A stretch of 63,984 bases of DNA, the filler included, from Octopus bimaculoides (Eukaryota), in assembly GCF_001194135.2 (NCBI RefSeq). It is 6 parts of 6 records of this genome, joined end to end, with 100 filler letters (N's around TTAATTAATTAA, not from the genome) between each part and the next. Parts side by side here need not be neighbours in the genome. Positions count along the whole stretch, not along the records: positions 20,228 to 44,756 come from NC_068985.1; 5 more parts are not named here. One strand, 5' to 3'. Each line of letters starts with the position of its first letter. The first letter of the stretch is position 1. Made by a program: the position numbers and the translations under genes. Below are positions 27,275 through 42,651 of this stretch, one piece after another. The notes under the pieces are model-generated. The model did no database searches, had not been told where the DNA came from, and was given only the letters and a program-made list of their open reading frames with translations.

Positions 27275-28376
27275 GTTGTTTTTTTTTCTTCTTTCTTCAA
27301 ATTTTCTTCCATTTCTCGCCGAGTGTTTTCCGTACACCTAGGGCAGAGAAACTCGTTGTATGCATTCCCAGTTTACACACGCAAATTCACAGATAAAACA
27401 TGTATTTAAAAAAAAAAAAAAATTAATTAATGTTGTTTTCACANNNNNNNNNNNNNNNNNNNNNNNNNNNNNNNNNNNNNNNNNNNNNNNNNNNNNNNNN
27501 NNNNNNNNNNNNNNNNNNNNNNNNNNNNNNNNNNNNNNNNNNNNNNNNNNNNNNNNNNNNNNNNNNNNNNNNNNNNNNNNNNNNNNNNNNNNNNNNNNNN
27601 NNNNNNNNNNNNNNNNNNNNNNNNNNNNNNNNNNNNNNNNNNNNNNNNNNNNNNNNNNNNNNNNNNNNNNNNNNNNNNNNNNNNNNNNNNNNNNNNNNNN
27701 NNNNNNNNNNNNNNNNNNNNNNNNNNNNNNNNNNNNNNNNNNNNNNNNNNNNNNNNNNNNNNNNNNNNNNNNNNNNNNNNNNNNNNNNNNNNNNNNNNNN
27801 NNNNNNNNNNNNNNNNNNNNNNNNNNNNNNNNNNNNNNNNNNNNNNNNNNNNNNNNNNNNNNNNNNNNNNNNNNNNNNNNNNNNNNNNNNNNNNNNNNNN
27901 NNNNNNNNNNNNNNNNNNNNNNNNNNNNNNNNNNNNNNNNNNNNNNNNNNNNNNNNNNNNNNNNNNNNNNNNNNNNNNNNNNNNNNNNNNNNNNNNNNNN
28001 NNNNNNNNNNNNNNNNNNNNNNNNNNNNNNNNNNNNNNNNNNNNNNNNNNNNNNNNNNNNNNNNNNNNNNNNNNNNNNNNNNNNNNNNNNNNNNNNNNNN
28101 NNNNNNNNNNNNNNNNNNNNNNNNNNNNNNNNNNNNNNNNNNNNNNNNNNNNNNNNNNNNNNNNNNNNNNNNNNNNNNNNNNNNNNNNNNNNNNNNNNNN
28201 NNNNNNNNNNNNNNNNNNNNNNNNNNNNNNNNNNNNNNNNNNNNNNNNNNNNNNNNNNNNNNNNNNNNNNNNNNNNNNNNNNNNNNNNNNNNNNNNNNNN
28301 NNNNNNNNNNNNNNNNNNNNNNNNNNNNNNNNNNNNNNNNNNNNNNNNNNNNNNNNNNNNNNNNNNNNNNNNNNNN

Positions 28377-28738
<362 letters not shown>

Positions 28739-28950
28739 GGCAGCAAGCTGGCAGAATTGTTAGCACGCGGGGTGAAATGCTTTGTGGTATTTCGCCCGTC
28801 GCTACATTCTGAATTCAAATTCCACCGAAGTCGACTTTGCCTTTAATCCTTGCTGGGTCGATAAAATAAGCACCAGTTGAACACTGAGGTCGATGTAATC
28901 GACTAGTACCCTAACCCCAAAATTTCTGCCCTTGAGGCTAAATTTGAAAC

Positions 28951-29017
<67 letters not shown>

Positions 29018-29539
29018 GAGGCGAGCTGGCAGAATCATTAGCACGTCGGACAAAGTGCTTAGCCGCATCTNNNNNNNNNNNNNNNNNNNNNNNNNNNNNN
29101 NNNNNNNNNNNNNNNNNNNNNNNNNNNNNNNNNNNNNNNNNNNNNNNNNNNNNNNNNNNNNNNNNNNNNNNNNNNNNNNNNNNNNNNNNNNNNNNNNNNN
29201 NNNNNNNNNNNNNNNNNNNNNNNNNNNNNNNNNNNNNNNNNNNNNNNNNNNNNNNNNNNNNNNNNNNNNNNNNNNNNNNNNNNNNNNNNNNNNNNNNNNN
29301 NNNNNNNNNNNNNNNNNNNNNNNNNNNNNNNNNNNNNNNNNNNNNNNNNNNNNNNNNNNNNNNNNNNNNNNNNNNNNNNNNNNNNNNNNNNNNNAAAAAA
29401 CTCGGGTCTAGGGCCAAAAGTTGGAACATTGTTATATAAAGAAAACATTACATTTATTGCTGTTGTTGTTGTTACTCGTATCCAGAAAAGACTATTTCGC
29501 ACTCTTTTGCTGAACAACTTGCGCATGATTTGTTTTATA

Positions 29540-30340
29540 GAAGTGGTTCTCAACCATTTTTTTTTTTTTTTTACCTATGGACCCCTTTAATATTTTCCTC
29601 GGGTGGACCCTCAAAGCCATTCGATGTTTGGAAATATCCCGTTATATTTATATAATTAAATATCAATTTCAAGTTTTTGACTACGGTTGGATAACACTCA
29701 CAACTCACAACTCCTACAAAGACAACTCTAAATGACACGTGCACAAGAATGTTCCGTGGTGTTCTAAATATCGGCTTCAAATTTTGAAACAAGGGGGCGG
29801 GTGTTAGTCGAATACATCGACTCCAGTGCTCAACTGGTACTCATTTTATCGACCCCGAAAGAATAAAATGCAAAGTCGACCTCGATGGAATTTGAACTCA
29901 GAACGTAAAGACGGACGAAATGTAGCTAAGTATTTCACCCGACATACTCATTGTTAAACTTTTGTATATTACGGTCGGGTAACATGGGCACTTACAGCTC
30001 CGATGAAGAAAATTCTAAATGGCACAGCCACCAGCATGTTCCGTGATGCTCTAAATATCGGTTTCAAATTTTGACACAAGGGGGAGGGGCTAAGTCGATT
30101 ACATCGACTCCAGTGGTCAACTGGTACCCATTTTATCGACCCCGAAAGGATAAAATACAAAGTAGACTTTGGCGGAATTTGAACCCAGAACGTAAAGACA
30201 GACGAAATGCAGACATACTCATTATTAAGTTATTTTGTATATTATAGAAGCATAACCAATTTATTGCACATAAGCCCCTAGCAACAAAATCTTATGCGGA
30301 CCCCCAAGGGTCATGTGGACTCTAGTTGAGCGCCAATGGC
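29540..30340. mobile_element. hAT-type MITE containing a tandemly duplicated SINE-bearing block
   Basis: Ends agtggttctcaacc ... gttgagcgccaat with subterminal ggacccc motifs. Inside, about 29748-29970 is repeated at about 30037-30243. Confidence 0.5.
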
Positions 30341-32989
30341 TTATTGTGATCACATGTATGTGCTGTACATGATCCCACTCCCTCTATCAAATCGACATGA
30401 CCGGTGCAGGTACACAGTGTACTACACGTAAGATGTCGAAGTGATCACATTTATATACACATAAATACACATGTTTATAGATGTGTATATAAATACACAT
30501 GTATATATATTGCAGATTAAAGAGTGTGTGTGCGTGCGCGCAGGTGTGTGTGTGTGCGCAGGTGTGTGTGTGTGTAAATATACTAATGTATATTTATTGC
30601 ATTTGCCTCGTGGATGTTATAATGCACTGTATTTATCTGAAGAATAGGATATACTTTAAGTGCAAATGTACCCAGAGAAAGAGAAATAAAGCATTAGTTT
30701 ATAATAGTAGCACGATATGACAGTTGATGTTATGTAATGTAGTGTAATTTGATGTACAAACACATACACATAACACATGCATGCTTGCACACACACACAT
30801 GCATACATACGAACATTTACACATGCACACATATACATGTACAAATACACATGCTCACATATCATGTACACATACCCATGCACAGACACACACGTGTGTG
30901 TGTGTGTGTGCGTGCGTGCGTGCGTGTGTGCGTGTTTGTGTGAGCGCGTAGATTGAGTTGACCGAGACCTCTATTTTTACCAAATGGATTGTTCAACCAG
31001 TATTCAGCTGCCCTAATAGCAAATATTTCGTTATTATTCTTAAATTAGCTTGTAAATAATATCTTTAACATATATATCATATGTCTAGCATATATAAATC
31101 ACAGTATTTGTGTGTATATTGACAAACACATACGTTTCCACAATTCTCGACCGATTTCCACCAAACTTTACACACACATTACTTATGTGCCAAGGATGGT
31201 CATGCACTATAACATTTTGCCCAGAGCTCCCGCGAAAATGGACAAACCGGGAAAACGGTAGTTTACACGGGGCTTTCTCTAATTCGTTGTATGTACATAG
31301 TTTTTTGTATGTAAGATCTTCCATAACTTTTTAATCTCTATGGTCGAATATGGCATTATAGAATATGTTTTAGTGGTTTTCACATTTTTATTATTTATTA
31401 TTTAACTATATTTTATAATTGTATATTATTACTTTCTATATCTTCATGTGTATTGGCGCATATTGTTTGAGGGTTTTGGTTAGAGAATATTATAAAAGTG
31501 AAAAGATTTTGTTTATTTATTCATTTCGACTTCTTTCCATACTTTTAAAATCTATATGGTCGTATATTTGCATTACAGAATATTTTTAGTTGTTTTCACA
31601 TTTTTTCAATTTATTATTTATTTATGTTAAATCGTCCAAAGGACGGGTGAGTTTGCAAGAGTTAGTAAGCTTCGATCAGTCCGTAGAAGGTATAAAAAAC
31701 AACTTCCAGGCACAATAGTGGTTTATGGACGTAGAAGATTGTAAAGTTTCCCCATGTTGAAGTTCGATAAGCTGAAAAATGTTATTTTTATAGCTCACAG
31801 TTAGCAACTGCGGTTGCTATGTATGTGAATAAAAATCGAAATTTAAGGAATTGAGCAGGTAAAAGCCAGGCTACATATGTTTCCTAGCTAGCAGAACCTC
31901 GGAAATAGTAATCATTCAACGAGGAGTACTCCACTAACTACTTACCTGGCCAAAGATAACTTAGTTAAATGAAGGTTACATTGTCATCAAGGGATCCCAA
32001 GTTAACTCGCAGGAGATTTTATCGAAAATGAGTGGAAAGCACAGATGTCTATATAAATCCAAAATATGGTGCAAGAACGTAATAGACGACAATAAAACAC
32101 CCGGAGAGATAGGCGATACAAAGACGGACAGGAAAAAAACAAAGACGGGTCATTCGCAGCCTCCTCTCATCAGCCAAGTTGGCAATTTTTTCTTACAGTT
32201 TCAGCCGGTTACACTTGAGACTGTTCAAATCCGGCTGGTCCCAGAAATCTAAGCAAAAAGCATTAAATTTTGGGGGAGAAAGCAAGCGAATGTGTACGAC
32301 AACAAAGACAAAAAACGGAGAACATGTTACACAATTACAAATACAAACAATAAGAAAGTAACAACAGGTGTCTTTCGACTAATAAAGACGAATCAAGTTG
32401 AACTGGCGTGTGTTGACTGAAAGCCTTGAGACAGGAATATTGGAGAGATGAACATAGATGAAAGTCATGAGGCAGGAATATGAAATGTTTCGTGGTCGGC
32501 AGTCGAGCCAAGAAAGAAAGATCATGCCTGAGCGCCAAACAGTGAGTAGGAATAAATGAAATTTAGGTTAGGTGAAATATGTTTGCAACATATTTTAACT
32601 TCCAAAGGCAAATTCGCTGCAGTTACCGCGGAGAAAATATTCTCTATTATGGTAAAGAGTGTAAAATGCCGTATCTGTTTAGTGGTTCCCTCTAGCGGAT
32701 TACCAGATGCACGTTTCTGGCTCCGTAGTCTTCCTCAATGGAAAATAACGAAGAAAGATAACTCTGGACAGATTCAAAGCCGTAGCTTTAACTAGAAAAA
32801 CAGTCCACATCAGTGATTGAATTGCGCTACTGGACCGCCTGGTCAGAATAAAAATAACAGCACCAGCACCAAGCAGAGTGATTTGGAATAAATGAACACT
32901 AAATTAGTTAAAATAAGTTTGTGACGTATTTTAACTCCTAAAAGCAAATTCACTGCCTTTACTGTGGTGAAAAAATTCTAAGATATCTC

Positions 32990-33838
32990 CTCCTCTCTGC
33001 TCTCCACTTTCTTCTACTAACCACACAACGTAATTGCCATACCTTTTCTCTTGCCTCTTACCGCAAACACACACACTGTTTCTGTCTGTCTGTTTACCTC
33101 TCGGTCTGTCAGTATGTCTGTCTGTCTGTCTGTCTGTTTATCCCCCCCCCTCTCTCTCTCTCTCGCTCTTCGTTTTCCCCTTGATCTAACCACTTGACAG
33201 CATACTAGCGTAATAACACTCATTTTCCTCCTACTTCACGTCGTTAACACCTCTCCCTCTTTTCTCTCTTTCTCTGTTTCTCACCCTCTTCTTCTCTCGC
33301 TCTTCGCCTCTCCCTTCAGCTAATTACATGACAGAGTAACGCATCTGGCCTTAGCGTATTTATAGACTAGCAGTATCCTTGGAAATTCCACGATTATTTT
33401 GAAAATTGTAAGATGGAATTGTATATTTTTTCTCAAAAAATCCACTTGGGCAGTATTGAAAGGGCAATCAATCAATCAATCAATCAATCAATCAGTCAGT
33501 CAATCAGTCTATCTCTCTACCTACCTTCCTATCTACCTGTCTGCTTGCCTACCTACCTACCTACCTACCTACAAACCTACCTACCTACCTACCTACAAAC
33601 CTACCTACATACCTACCTACCTACCTACCTACATATATTTTATTTACATTTCTGTCGATGTATGTATCTGTCTACTCTAACAATACTAAAAAGAACATTA
33701 AAACCTGAAACAATGACTAAACTTTTATTTTTATTACCTGTCACAAAATCATGTAACTACTTTCCACTCCCGCATTGCTTTCAATCAACTCTCACTCTCT
33801 CTCCTTCTCTCTCTCTCTCTGTCTTTCCTCTGATCGCT

Positions 33839-33870
<32 letters not shown>

Positions 33871-33880
33871 NNNNNNNNNN

Positions 33881-33964
<84 letters not shown>

Positions 33965-34120
33965 TTAAACTAACCATTTGACAGTGTCTTAGCATAATAA
34001 CTGTTACATTCCCTCTACCCCACGTCGTTAGCACTTCTCTCTCCCTCTTTTTCTCTCGCTCTTCACCTCTCCCTTCAGCTAACACGTGTCAGCGGCCTTA
34101 ACGTATTAATATATAGATAT
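32990..34120 (+). mobile_element. Tandem non-autonomous repeats with internal microsatellites (Helitron-associated type)
   Basis: Two related 3' segments (taaccacttgacagc..cacgtcgttaacac..ccttcagctaa at 33185-33360 and 33970-34115) with internal (TCAA)n, (CTAC)n and (CT)n. The superfamily is inferred. Confidence 0.4.
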
Positions 34121-35335
34121 GTATGTATGTATGTATGTATGTCAGGTCAATCTAACTGCTACTGGTAACATGTAACCTAGTACAACCTGCCGCGTGGTCG
34201 GATCGTCGATGACTAAACTGGCGACTCTACTTTGCCTGATTTGAAAATGAGGGTGGTTTTCGTTTGACACCCAGTAGGACGAAAATCAACACCTGTCAAG
34301 GACGGGTAAACTCAGTAGAGTCAACGAACATTCAACAATTGGGAGTGAGTGACTCTTAGTCTTTGTTTACTCATCTCTCTAGCAGAAGGAATTTCCAAAT
34401 AACACTCAGCTCATTGAAAATCCGAAGATCTTGTTCTGGCTTGTTTCTGGTCTACTTGGCTTTGTAAATGAGAGTCTTACCGGTTGCGTGCAACCTGTTA
34501 TTGACCTAAAATTTTATCACCTGCATTGCTGACAGCCATTGTCTTTAACATCTAGGATAAGATAATTTCTCAGTGATGATCATACTCGTCTATGAGTATG
34601 ACGACCACCATATATGAACATCTTCCTTTTATAATTATTTGAAGTCTCCTCATTGAGAAAGAAATGCTTTCTAACAAAGAAATGCCTCCACCACTGGTGT
34701 TTAGACGACACAAAATGATATATTTGCTACATGTTGAATTTTAGAAAAGTCTTCCATATTTTTACGCTTCCGACTACAGATTGTGTATGTAAAGTGTGTG
34801 TCGGCTGATTACATTCATTGTCTGAAATTCCTAAATCTTCGTGATGACTGTCACCTAAATATTTATTAATATCGCCAACTTTGCCAACAATTTTCGATAT
34901 AAATATATATTTTGGGTAAAGAACCTATAATTTCGAAGTAGTTGTCGATAAATATTGTCTTTCTCACAGACTTTCGAATTGTTTACATCTGTAGAGAAGC
35001 TGACCTCTTTGACTGTACATAATTTTTCTTTTCTTTGTCTCAAGCATCTATATGAGATATATTTATGCATGTGCCTGTAAGTATGTGCATGTATGTATGT
35101 TTATGTAGGTGTATGTAGGCAAGTGCGCGTATGTCAGTTTGTAATTGTGTGTATATATGCATGATTGCGTGTATGTATGTAAGTTGCTTCCGATATAAAT
35201 TGATATTCTAATTAATATGGTTATTAATGTAAATATTGTACACCAGCTGGCCAGACAGTAGTCGCCTTTCCTACATCGAATTAAGTCGAGATCGCCATAC
35301 TTCGCTTGTCAGGCCAACAAGCTCCCACACACTAA

Positions 35336-35408
<73 letters not shown>

Positions 35409-35482
35409 ACACTGACACTCACAGATACACGCACTCACAGAGGCTCACACATGCAGATATCTCACATGCATACGCAAACACG

Positions 35483-35587
<105 letters not shown>

Positions 35588-36898
35588 TGTGTGTGTGGTT
35601 CTCCTGCATTAAAGCCGAGACCCTACCAGACATTTTTCATATTATATTAGTGTTAACATGTTTAATGTAAGGAACATTAAAATGCGAACTATAAACAATA
35701 ATACGAGGAAGAGAAACAATGTTTTTCCATGAATAATAATACTGTTTCAATTTTTTTCTCAGGGTTTACAAGAAATAACCCCTGACATATTTCGGCTCTG
35801 TTATGACCTTGTCGTGAAAACAATTCTCGGCGTAATTTCTGAAGCAGCGATGAAAGAATCGTTAAATCAGTCTACAACAATGCATTGCCAGATGTGGAAG
35901 AAAATTGAAGCTTTGAGTTAATGCAAATATTCTTAATGCAGGGATAACTAAAACCTATATTTTGTTCCAGATATTTTGGACTAATATCGAGAATAAAAAG
36001 CATCTCAATCATAATGCATGATTGTTGAAAACATTAACGACATCAACAGTAAACCGCCCACTATCAACTCCAAATTTGATATTAAAACTGTGATAAAAGT
36101 GCGTAATGGGAAGGCGCTAGAAAGTCAACAAAGTGTATGTTTATAAACTATACAATTGAAAGTCAAATTTACTTACCAAACTAGTTTAATACAAAGAAAT
36201 GTCGTACTCTCCGACTTGGTAGAAAACTTGGTGCTAACCTAAACGTTGTGCAAGATCAACAAGATAATGCCTTAGAAGCAAACGGTTGGAAAGAAGAGAG
36301 TGTGGAAATGTGCCGAATAACTTTTAGCTAATATTCTATAACTAGAAATTTGTTATGAGATATATGGTGTCCGTCAACAAAACAATACATTTAGTAAAGA
36401 TTATAAAGTATAGTAAAAATATATTTAGTAGATTCGTTATGTGCAACAGCTTTAGCATTCTCACCGACGCTGCTGGGACGATGTTTGCCTGTTCCTGATA
36501 TGGTTTCGTATTTTTAAACACAGTGCATCCATATGAGATATTATCTGCGGAAGTGAGACACGGTTGGCTATTTAGTAAAGAATCAAAGAAACTAATACGA
36601 ATAGCAACAAAACATGAACAGTGTAATGAAGACAACAAACATAAAATGGAGACTGAGCTAATAGACACATCACCGAGTTGGATGGAGAAACACTGAAATA
36701 GATTTTAAAAAATTAAACCGAAAATGGGATAACAAAATGTCATATTAAAGACATTGACAAGAAAAAGATTTATATGACCAGGACGCCCTCAAAACTGATA
36801 AAAGCGGAAGTGGATAAAGAAAAAACCCTACATTTCTGCAGTAGGAAACTACTATACTTTTATAACTTCACCAATATTTATACTTCTACAATACACAA

Positions 36899-37278
36899 GT
36901 GGAGGCGCAGTGACCCAGTGGTTAGGGCAGCGGACACGCGGTCATAGGATCGCGGTTTCGATTCCCCGACCGGGCGTTGTGAGTGTTTATTGAGCGAAAA
37001 CACCTAAAGCTCCACGAGGCTCCGGTAGGGGATGGTGGTGAACCCTGCTGTACTCTTCCACCACACTTTCTCTCACTCTTACTTCCTGTTTCTGTTGTGC
37101 CTGTAATTCAAAGGGTCAGCCTTGTCACACTGTGTCACGCTGAATATCCCCGAGAACTACGTTAAGGGTACACGTGTCTGTGGAGTGCTCAGCCACTTGC
37201 ACGTTAATTTCACGAGCAGGCTGTTCCGTTGATCGGATCCACTGGAACCCTCGACGTCGTAAGCGACGGAGTGCCAAC
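36899..37278 (+). mobile_element. Full-length tRNA-derived SINE (tRNA-Arg-like head) with (AAC)n tail
   Basis: A-box-like gacccagtggttagg, anticodon arm ggacacgcggtc, B-box-like ggtttcgattccc, a body of about 300 bp and a caacaacaa tail. Confidence 0.8.
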
Positions 37279-37749
37279 AACAACAAAATAATATTTAATT
37301 ATAAAAATACAGTTAGATTTTTTTTTTATATTCATTATTCAATGTCTGATAAAGTAAAATGGAAATCAAAGGGATATATAAGCAACAAAAAAAATGGTTA
37401 AGAAGCACTACTTTAGACATATAGCAGTATACTAACATGCAAATATAATACAGTGTACTTTACTCCTAACGGCTATCATTTCATTTGGTAATATTTTTAT
37501 TTGTTTATTAGTAGGACCGTGTTTCTAATGCAGATTTCTTAGCAATTCTATGCTGACATACACTGTCTTTGCTTTGATACCATTATTAGTCATTCTTGAA
37601 AACCCGTTACATGCGGTAAAACAAAATGGCCGCTATGTTGAATTTTTGTTTTAATAAACTTCAACATTCTTCATCCTCTAGTGTATTGAGTCCATCATAT
37701 TAATATATTAATGTTAAATAGGTTTAAAATATAAGTTTATAGCAGATTG

Positions 37750-37794
<45 letters not shown>

Positions 37795-37804
37795 NNNNNN
37801 NNNN

Positions 37805-37847
<43 letters not shown>

Positions 37848-38120
37848 TATTCCATTCGAAAGAGCTGCTATGTCACGTCATTGAAAAACTTTATACCATT
37901 TTGATAGTCGGTACAAAGACTGCTTCTTCCATAAATTTTATCCGTCATTTACTAAATTACGAAAAGCCATACAATTGGGTGATTTCGATAGAATAGGGAA
38001 GAATGAAGTAGTTGATTGTGACTGAGAATTTTCACCTTTATATATGTATATATACACATACATGTATACATACATGTATACATATATGTATACATACATG
38101 TATACATACATGTATACATA

Positions 38121-38167
<47 letters not shown>

Positions 38168-38366
38168 ACGCACACACATACATATTGTATTTGTGCGTAT
38201 GTGTGTGTCTTTCTGTGTATATGTATGTGTATATGCATACATATGTGTGCGCATATACGTTCATGTATCATAATACATATATACAGATTATTGTTATTTG
38301 TTAAGTCTTGAAAATTACCAGTTTAAACTTTCAAATTATGCAGGTAAAAGACTTCAACTAATGTAC

Positions 38367-38402
<36 letters not shown>

Positions 38403-38584
38403 AAATAGTAAATGAGTATATGCATATATACGTACAGGTATGTGCATACCGACATCCACCTGTATGTATAGGTGCATATCTGGGTACAGGACATTGCAAA
38501 CAAACGTAGACGAGAGCACACGAGCCACATAGAGAACATCTCCTTCATCAGCCACCCACGTTTTAACACCGGCGTTTCGACTAG

Positions 38585-38672
<88 letters not shown>

Positions 38673-39284
38673 AACAATATATACGCGCACAATACATACA
38701 TACGCTCAAACACCAACATTATACATACATAGATGTATATATGTATTGTGTGTGTGTTTCCCCTGAAGCAATATAAATGTTGTGTACGCGTACTGTTACA
38801 GCAAAACGTATCGTGCATATTGATTATTTGTCCACAGAGAGCTCTGATTACAATATATTTCCCTTTTAATTAGCGTATAGTATTCCCTGATAACATGTTC
38901 TTTGTCAGAAGCACGACCACATGATAGTTTTTCGTTAATTCCAAGCAACTTTTACCATTTAGCCCTTCGTTGATTCATTCGTTCTTTCTGGCCAGATATT
39001 AGCTGAAATAGTCATGTTATTCCTTTGTATTTGTTGTTCTTTTGCCCCAGATCGACACTGATTGAGCATACTTCTGCAGTTCACTTGTGACTACATGTCT
39101 CTTGCTTTTTCTCCCCACTTCCTTTTTAGATATAAAGTTGTAGGGATGGCTATGTGGTTAAGAAACTTGCTTTGCAACCGTGGCTTTCGGGTTCATTCCC
39201 ATTGTGTGGCACCTTGTGTGTCTTCCACTATAGCCCCACACCTACCAGTGCTTTGTGAGAGTATTTTGTTGACGGAAAAAAATC

Positions 39285-39315
<31 letters not shown>

Positions 39316-39692
39316 GTGCACATATATATTCCCGAGGGTTATACTAATACATCTATTTGTTTTCTGCATCATCTGTCTTCGTCTGTTGTTTTTTTGTGAA
39401 TTCTCCCTATATATATTGATATATATATATATATATATATATATCGTTGCTATAATGTTAAACTGTCCTATGTCCAAATTTGGCCAAATGCTTTTTTTTC
39501 TTTTTCAATATATATTTTTGCTTGTTATAGTCGGTTCTTTTGGTCAAATTATCGTATCTCCAGCTACTTCAGATGCCAATACATCAAAAATTATCAAAGT
39601 GTAGTACAACGGTTTTGCTATGGTGAAACTATTTTTTCGTTTTCTGAAAAAGCAACGTTTTGGACTTGCGACACTTTTACATAATAGCAACC

Positions 39693-39728
<36 letters not shown>

Positions 39729-40619
39729 NNNNNNNNNNNNNNNNNNNNNNNNNNNNNNNNNNNNNNNNNNNNNNNNNNNNNNNNNNNNNNNNNNNNNNNN
39801 NNNNNNNNNNNNNNNNNNNNNNNNNNNNNNNNNNNNNNNNNNNNNNNNNNNNNNNNNNNNNNNNNNNNNNNNNNNNNNNNNNNNNNNNNNNNNNNNNNNN
39901 NNNNNNNNNNNNNNNNNNNNNNNNNNNNNNNNNNNNNNNNNNNNNNNNNNNNNNNNNNNNNNNNNNNNNNNNNNNNNNNNNNNNNNNNNNNNNNNNNNNN
40001 NNNNNNNNNNNNNNNNNNNNNNNNNNNNNNNNNNNNNNNNNNNNNNNNNNNNNNNNNNNNNNNNNNNNNNNNNNNNNNNNNNNNNNNNNNNNNNNNNNNN
40101 NNNNNNNNNNNNNNNNNNNNNNNNNGAAATAGGGGAGTGAAAAATACAGACACGGATATTAAGAAAGAGAAGTATGATTATGTAGTTAGATATTGCTATA
40201 TATTTGCGCGCGCACATCTACACATATACATATAAATATGTGTATATATGTATATGCATACAAATACATGCGCCTGCACACACATATTTATTCAAATGTG
40301 TGCGTGTGATGCATATACGTAGGGAGGAAATATAAAAGAAAGAATGCAGACAGGCAGCCGGGCGGCTAGAAAATGAAGAGAGAGAGAGAGAGAATGGGAT
40401 GTGGGGAGGTTTAAATGATGTGTAAATATAAAAGATCAGATCAAATCAGTGGTTGGTAATTATATCTCAGAAAGCAACTACGAGACTAAATAAACTGGCG
40501 AGTCTGGATATTTAAAAGGTATGAGAACTGCAGTGACTAAGTGTATAAAAGGTATGAGAATGGAGACCAAATATAGAAGGGAAATAAGAAAATGGGAAGC
40601 AAAAAGAAAATGACTTTTA

Positions 40620-42608
40620 TTGATAGCAATGGCTGGTGTTTGGTAAAAATGGACGACGGTGAAGTGTGGCGGCGGCGGCGATAGTGGTGGTGGTGGCTGT
40701 GTGTGGTAGTCATTGGTGTATGTGTTGTAGTGTTGGTGGTAACTCCTGTGTATGATGGTAATTGTGATGGTTGTGATGGTGACGATGATAGTGATTCTAG
40801 GGGCAGCCGCAGTTAGCGATAGAACTGCCGGTTATTGGTGGATGTGTAGGTGCTGGTGTTGCTGTTGAGCAGTAGATTTAACAGTAGCTGTTGTGGTTGT
40901 AGTTGTAGCTGTAGCAAGTGACTGTGTTGGCGGTAATTGGTAAATGTGATGGTAGTTGCCGTTGTGGTGGCAGTGGTGATGACTGCTAGATGTAATGATA
41001 GTTGCGGTGGTGATGATGATGCTTTTGGTGTTGCTGGTGGTGGTGGTGGTGGTGGCGGCGGCGGCAGTGGTGGTGGTGATGGNNNNNNNNNNNNNNNNNN
41101 NNNNNNNNNNNNNNNNNNNNNNNNNNNNNNNNNNNNNNNNNNNNNNNNNNNNNNNNNNNNNNNNNNNNNNNNNNNNNNNNNNNNNNNNNNNNNNNNNNNN
41201 NNNNNNNNNNNNNNNNNNNNNNNNNNNNNNNNNNNNNNNNNNNNNNNNNNNNNNNNNNNNNNNNNNNNNNNNNNNNNNNNNNNNNNNNNNNNNNNNNNNN
41301 NNNNNNNNNNNNNNNNNNNNNNNNNNNNNNNNNNNNNNNNNNNNNNNNNNNNNNNNNNNNNNNNNNNNNNNNNNNNNNNNNNNNNNNNNNNNNNNNNNNN
41401 NNNNNNNNNNNNNNNNNNNNNNNNNNNNNNNNNNNNNNNNNNNNNNNNNNNNNNNNNNNNNNNNNNNNNNNNNNNNNNNNNNNNNNNNNNNNNNNNNNNN
41501 NNNNNNNNNNNNNNNNNNNNNNNNNNNNNNNNNNNNNNNNNNNNNNNNNNNNNNNNNNNNNNNNNNNNNNNNNNNNNNNNNNNNNNNNNNNNNNNNNNNN
41601 NNNNNNNNNNNNNNNNNNNNNNNNNNNNNNNNNNNNNNNNNNNNNNNNNNNNNNNNNNNNNNNNNNNNNNNNNNNNNNNNNNNNNNNNNNNNNNNNNNNN
41701 NNNNNNNNNNNNNNNNNNNNNNNNNNNNNNNNNNNNNNNNNNNNNNNNNNNNNNNNNNNNNNNNNNNNNNNNNNNNNNNNNNNNNNNNNTGGTGGTGGTG
41801 GTAGTAGTGGTGGTAGTGGTGGTGGTGGTGGTGGTGGTGATAGTGGTGGTAGTGGTGGTAGTGGTGGTAGTGGTGGTGTTGGTTTCCAGCTATTTGCCCG
41901 ATTGAGCAGACCTGTGATCAAAGTTGTTCCAATATGACCACCCAGTTTTACCCAAGTCATAATGTAGATGAGACAGCATTATCTAAAGTGTCTTTTTCTT
42001 TTTCCAAAGGTCGTATAGTATGAATTTAGATAGATTTGACTGTTGTTTCTAACAGATCAAGCGACCACATAGAACTCCCTTGTTTAACCCGAGATATTTC
42101 TTCTGGTGCTGGTTGCAGTGGTGGTAGTAGTGTTGATTGTAGTGGTTAAGGCAGTGTTGATTGTAGTAGTGGTGGTAGCATTGATTGTAGTTGTGGTGGT
42201 GGTGGTAGTAACAGTAATGGTGGCGTTGGTTGTAGTGGATGTGGTGGCGTCAGTTGTAGTGGTGGTGATGGCGTTGGCTGTTGTGGTGGTGTTGGTTGTA
42301 GTGGTAGTAGTGGCATTGGTTGTAGTGGTAGTAGTAGTGGTGGCGTCGGTTGCAGTAGTGGTGGTAGTCGTGATGGGACGGGGGCCCTGGTTGTAGTGGT
42401 AGTGGTGGTGACGTTGGTCTTTGTGGTGGTGGTAGCTTTGGTTGTGCTGGTGGTGGTAGTGGGGATAATGTTGTAGTGGTGGTGTTGGTTGTAGTTGTAG
42501 CGGTGTTAGCTGTAGTTATGGTAGCCTTGGTTGTACTGATGGCGGTGGGGAGGTCGATGGTTGTGACGTTGGTGGTTGTAGTGGTGATAGTGATGGTGAC
42601 GTTCGTTA

Positions 42609-42651
<43 letters not shown>

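Noticed and set aside
32155-32180. CTGATGA..GAAT on the minus strand as an intact hammerhead
   Set aside because: Helix II pairs poorly, GAAA is GAAT and no helix I is evident. Kept only as a degenerate remnant.
36190-36330. GANLNVVQDQQDNAL as an ankyrin repeat
   Set aside because: Only a partial motif in a short stop-bounded frame with no second repeat.
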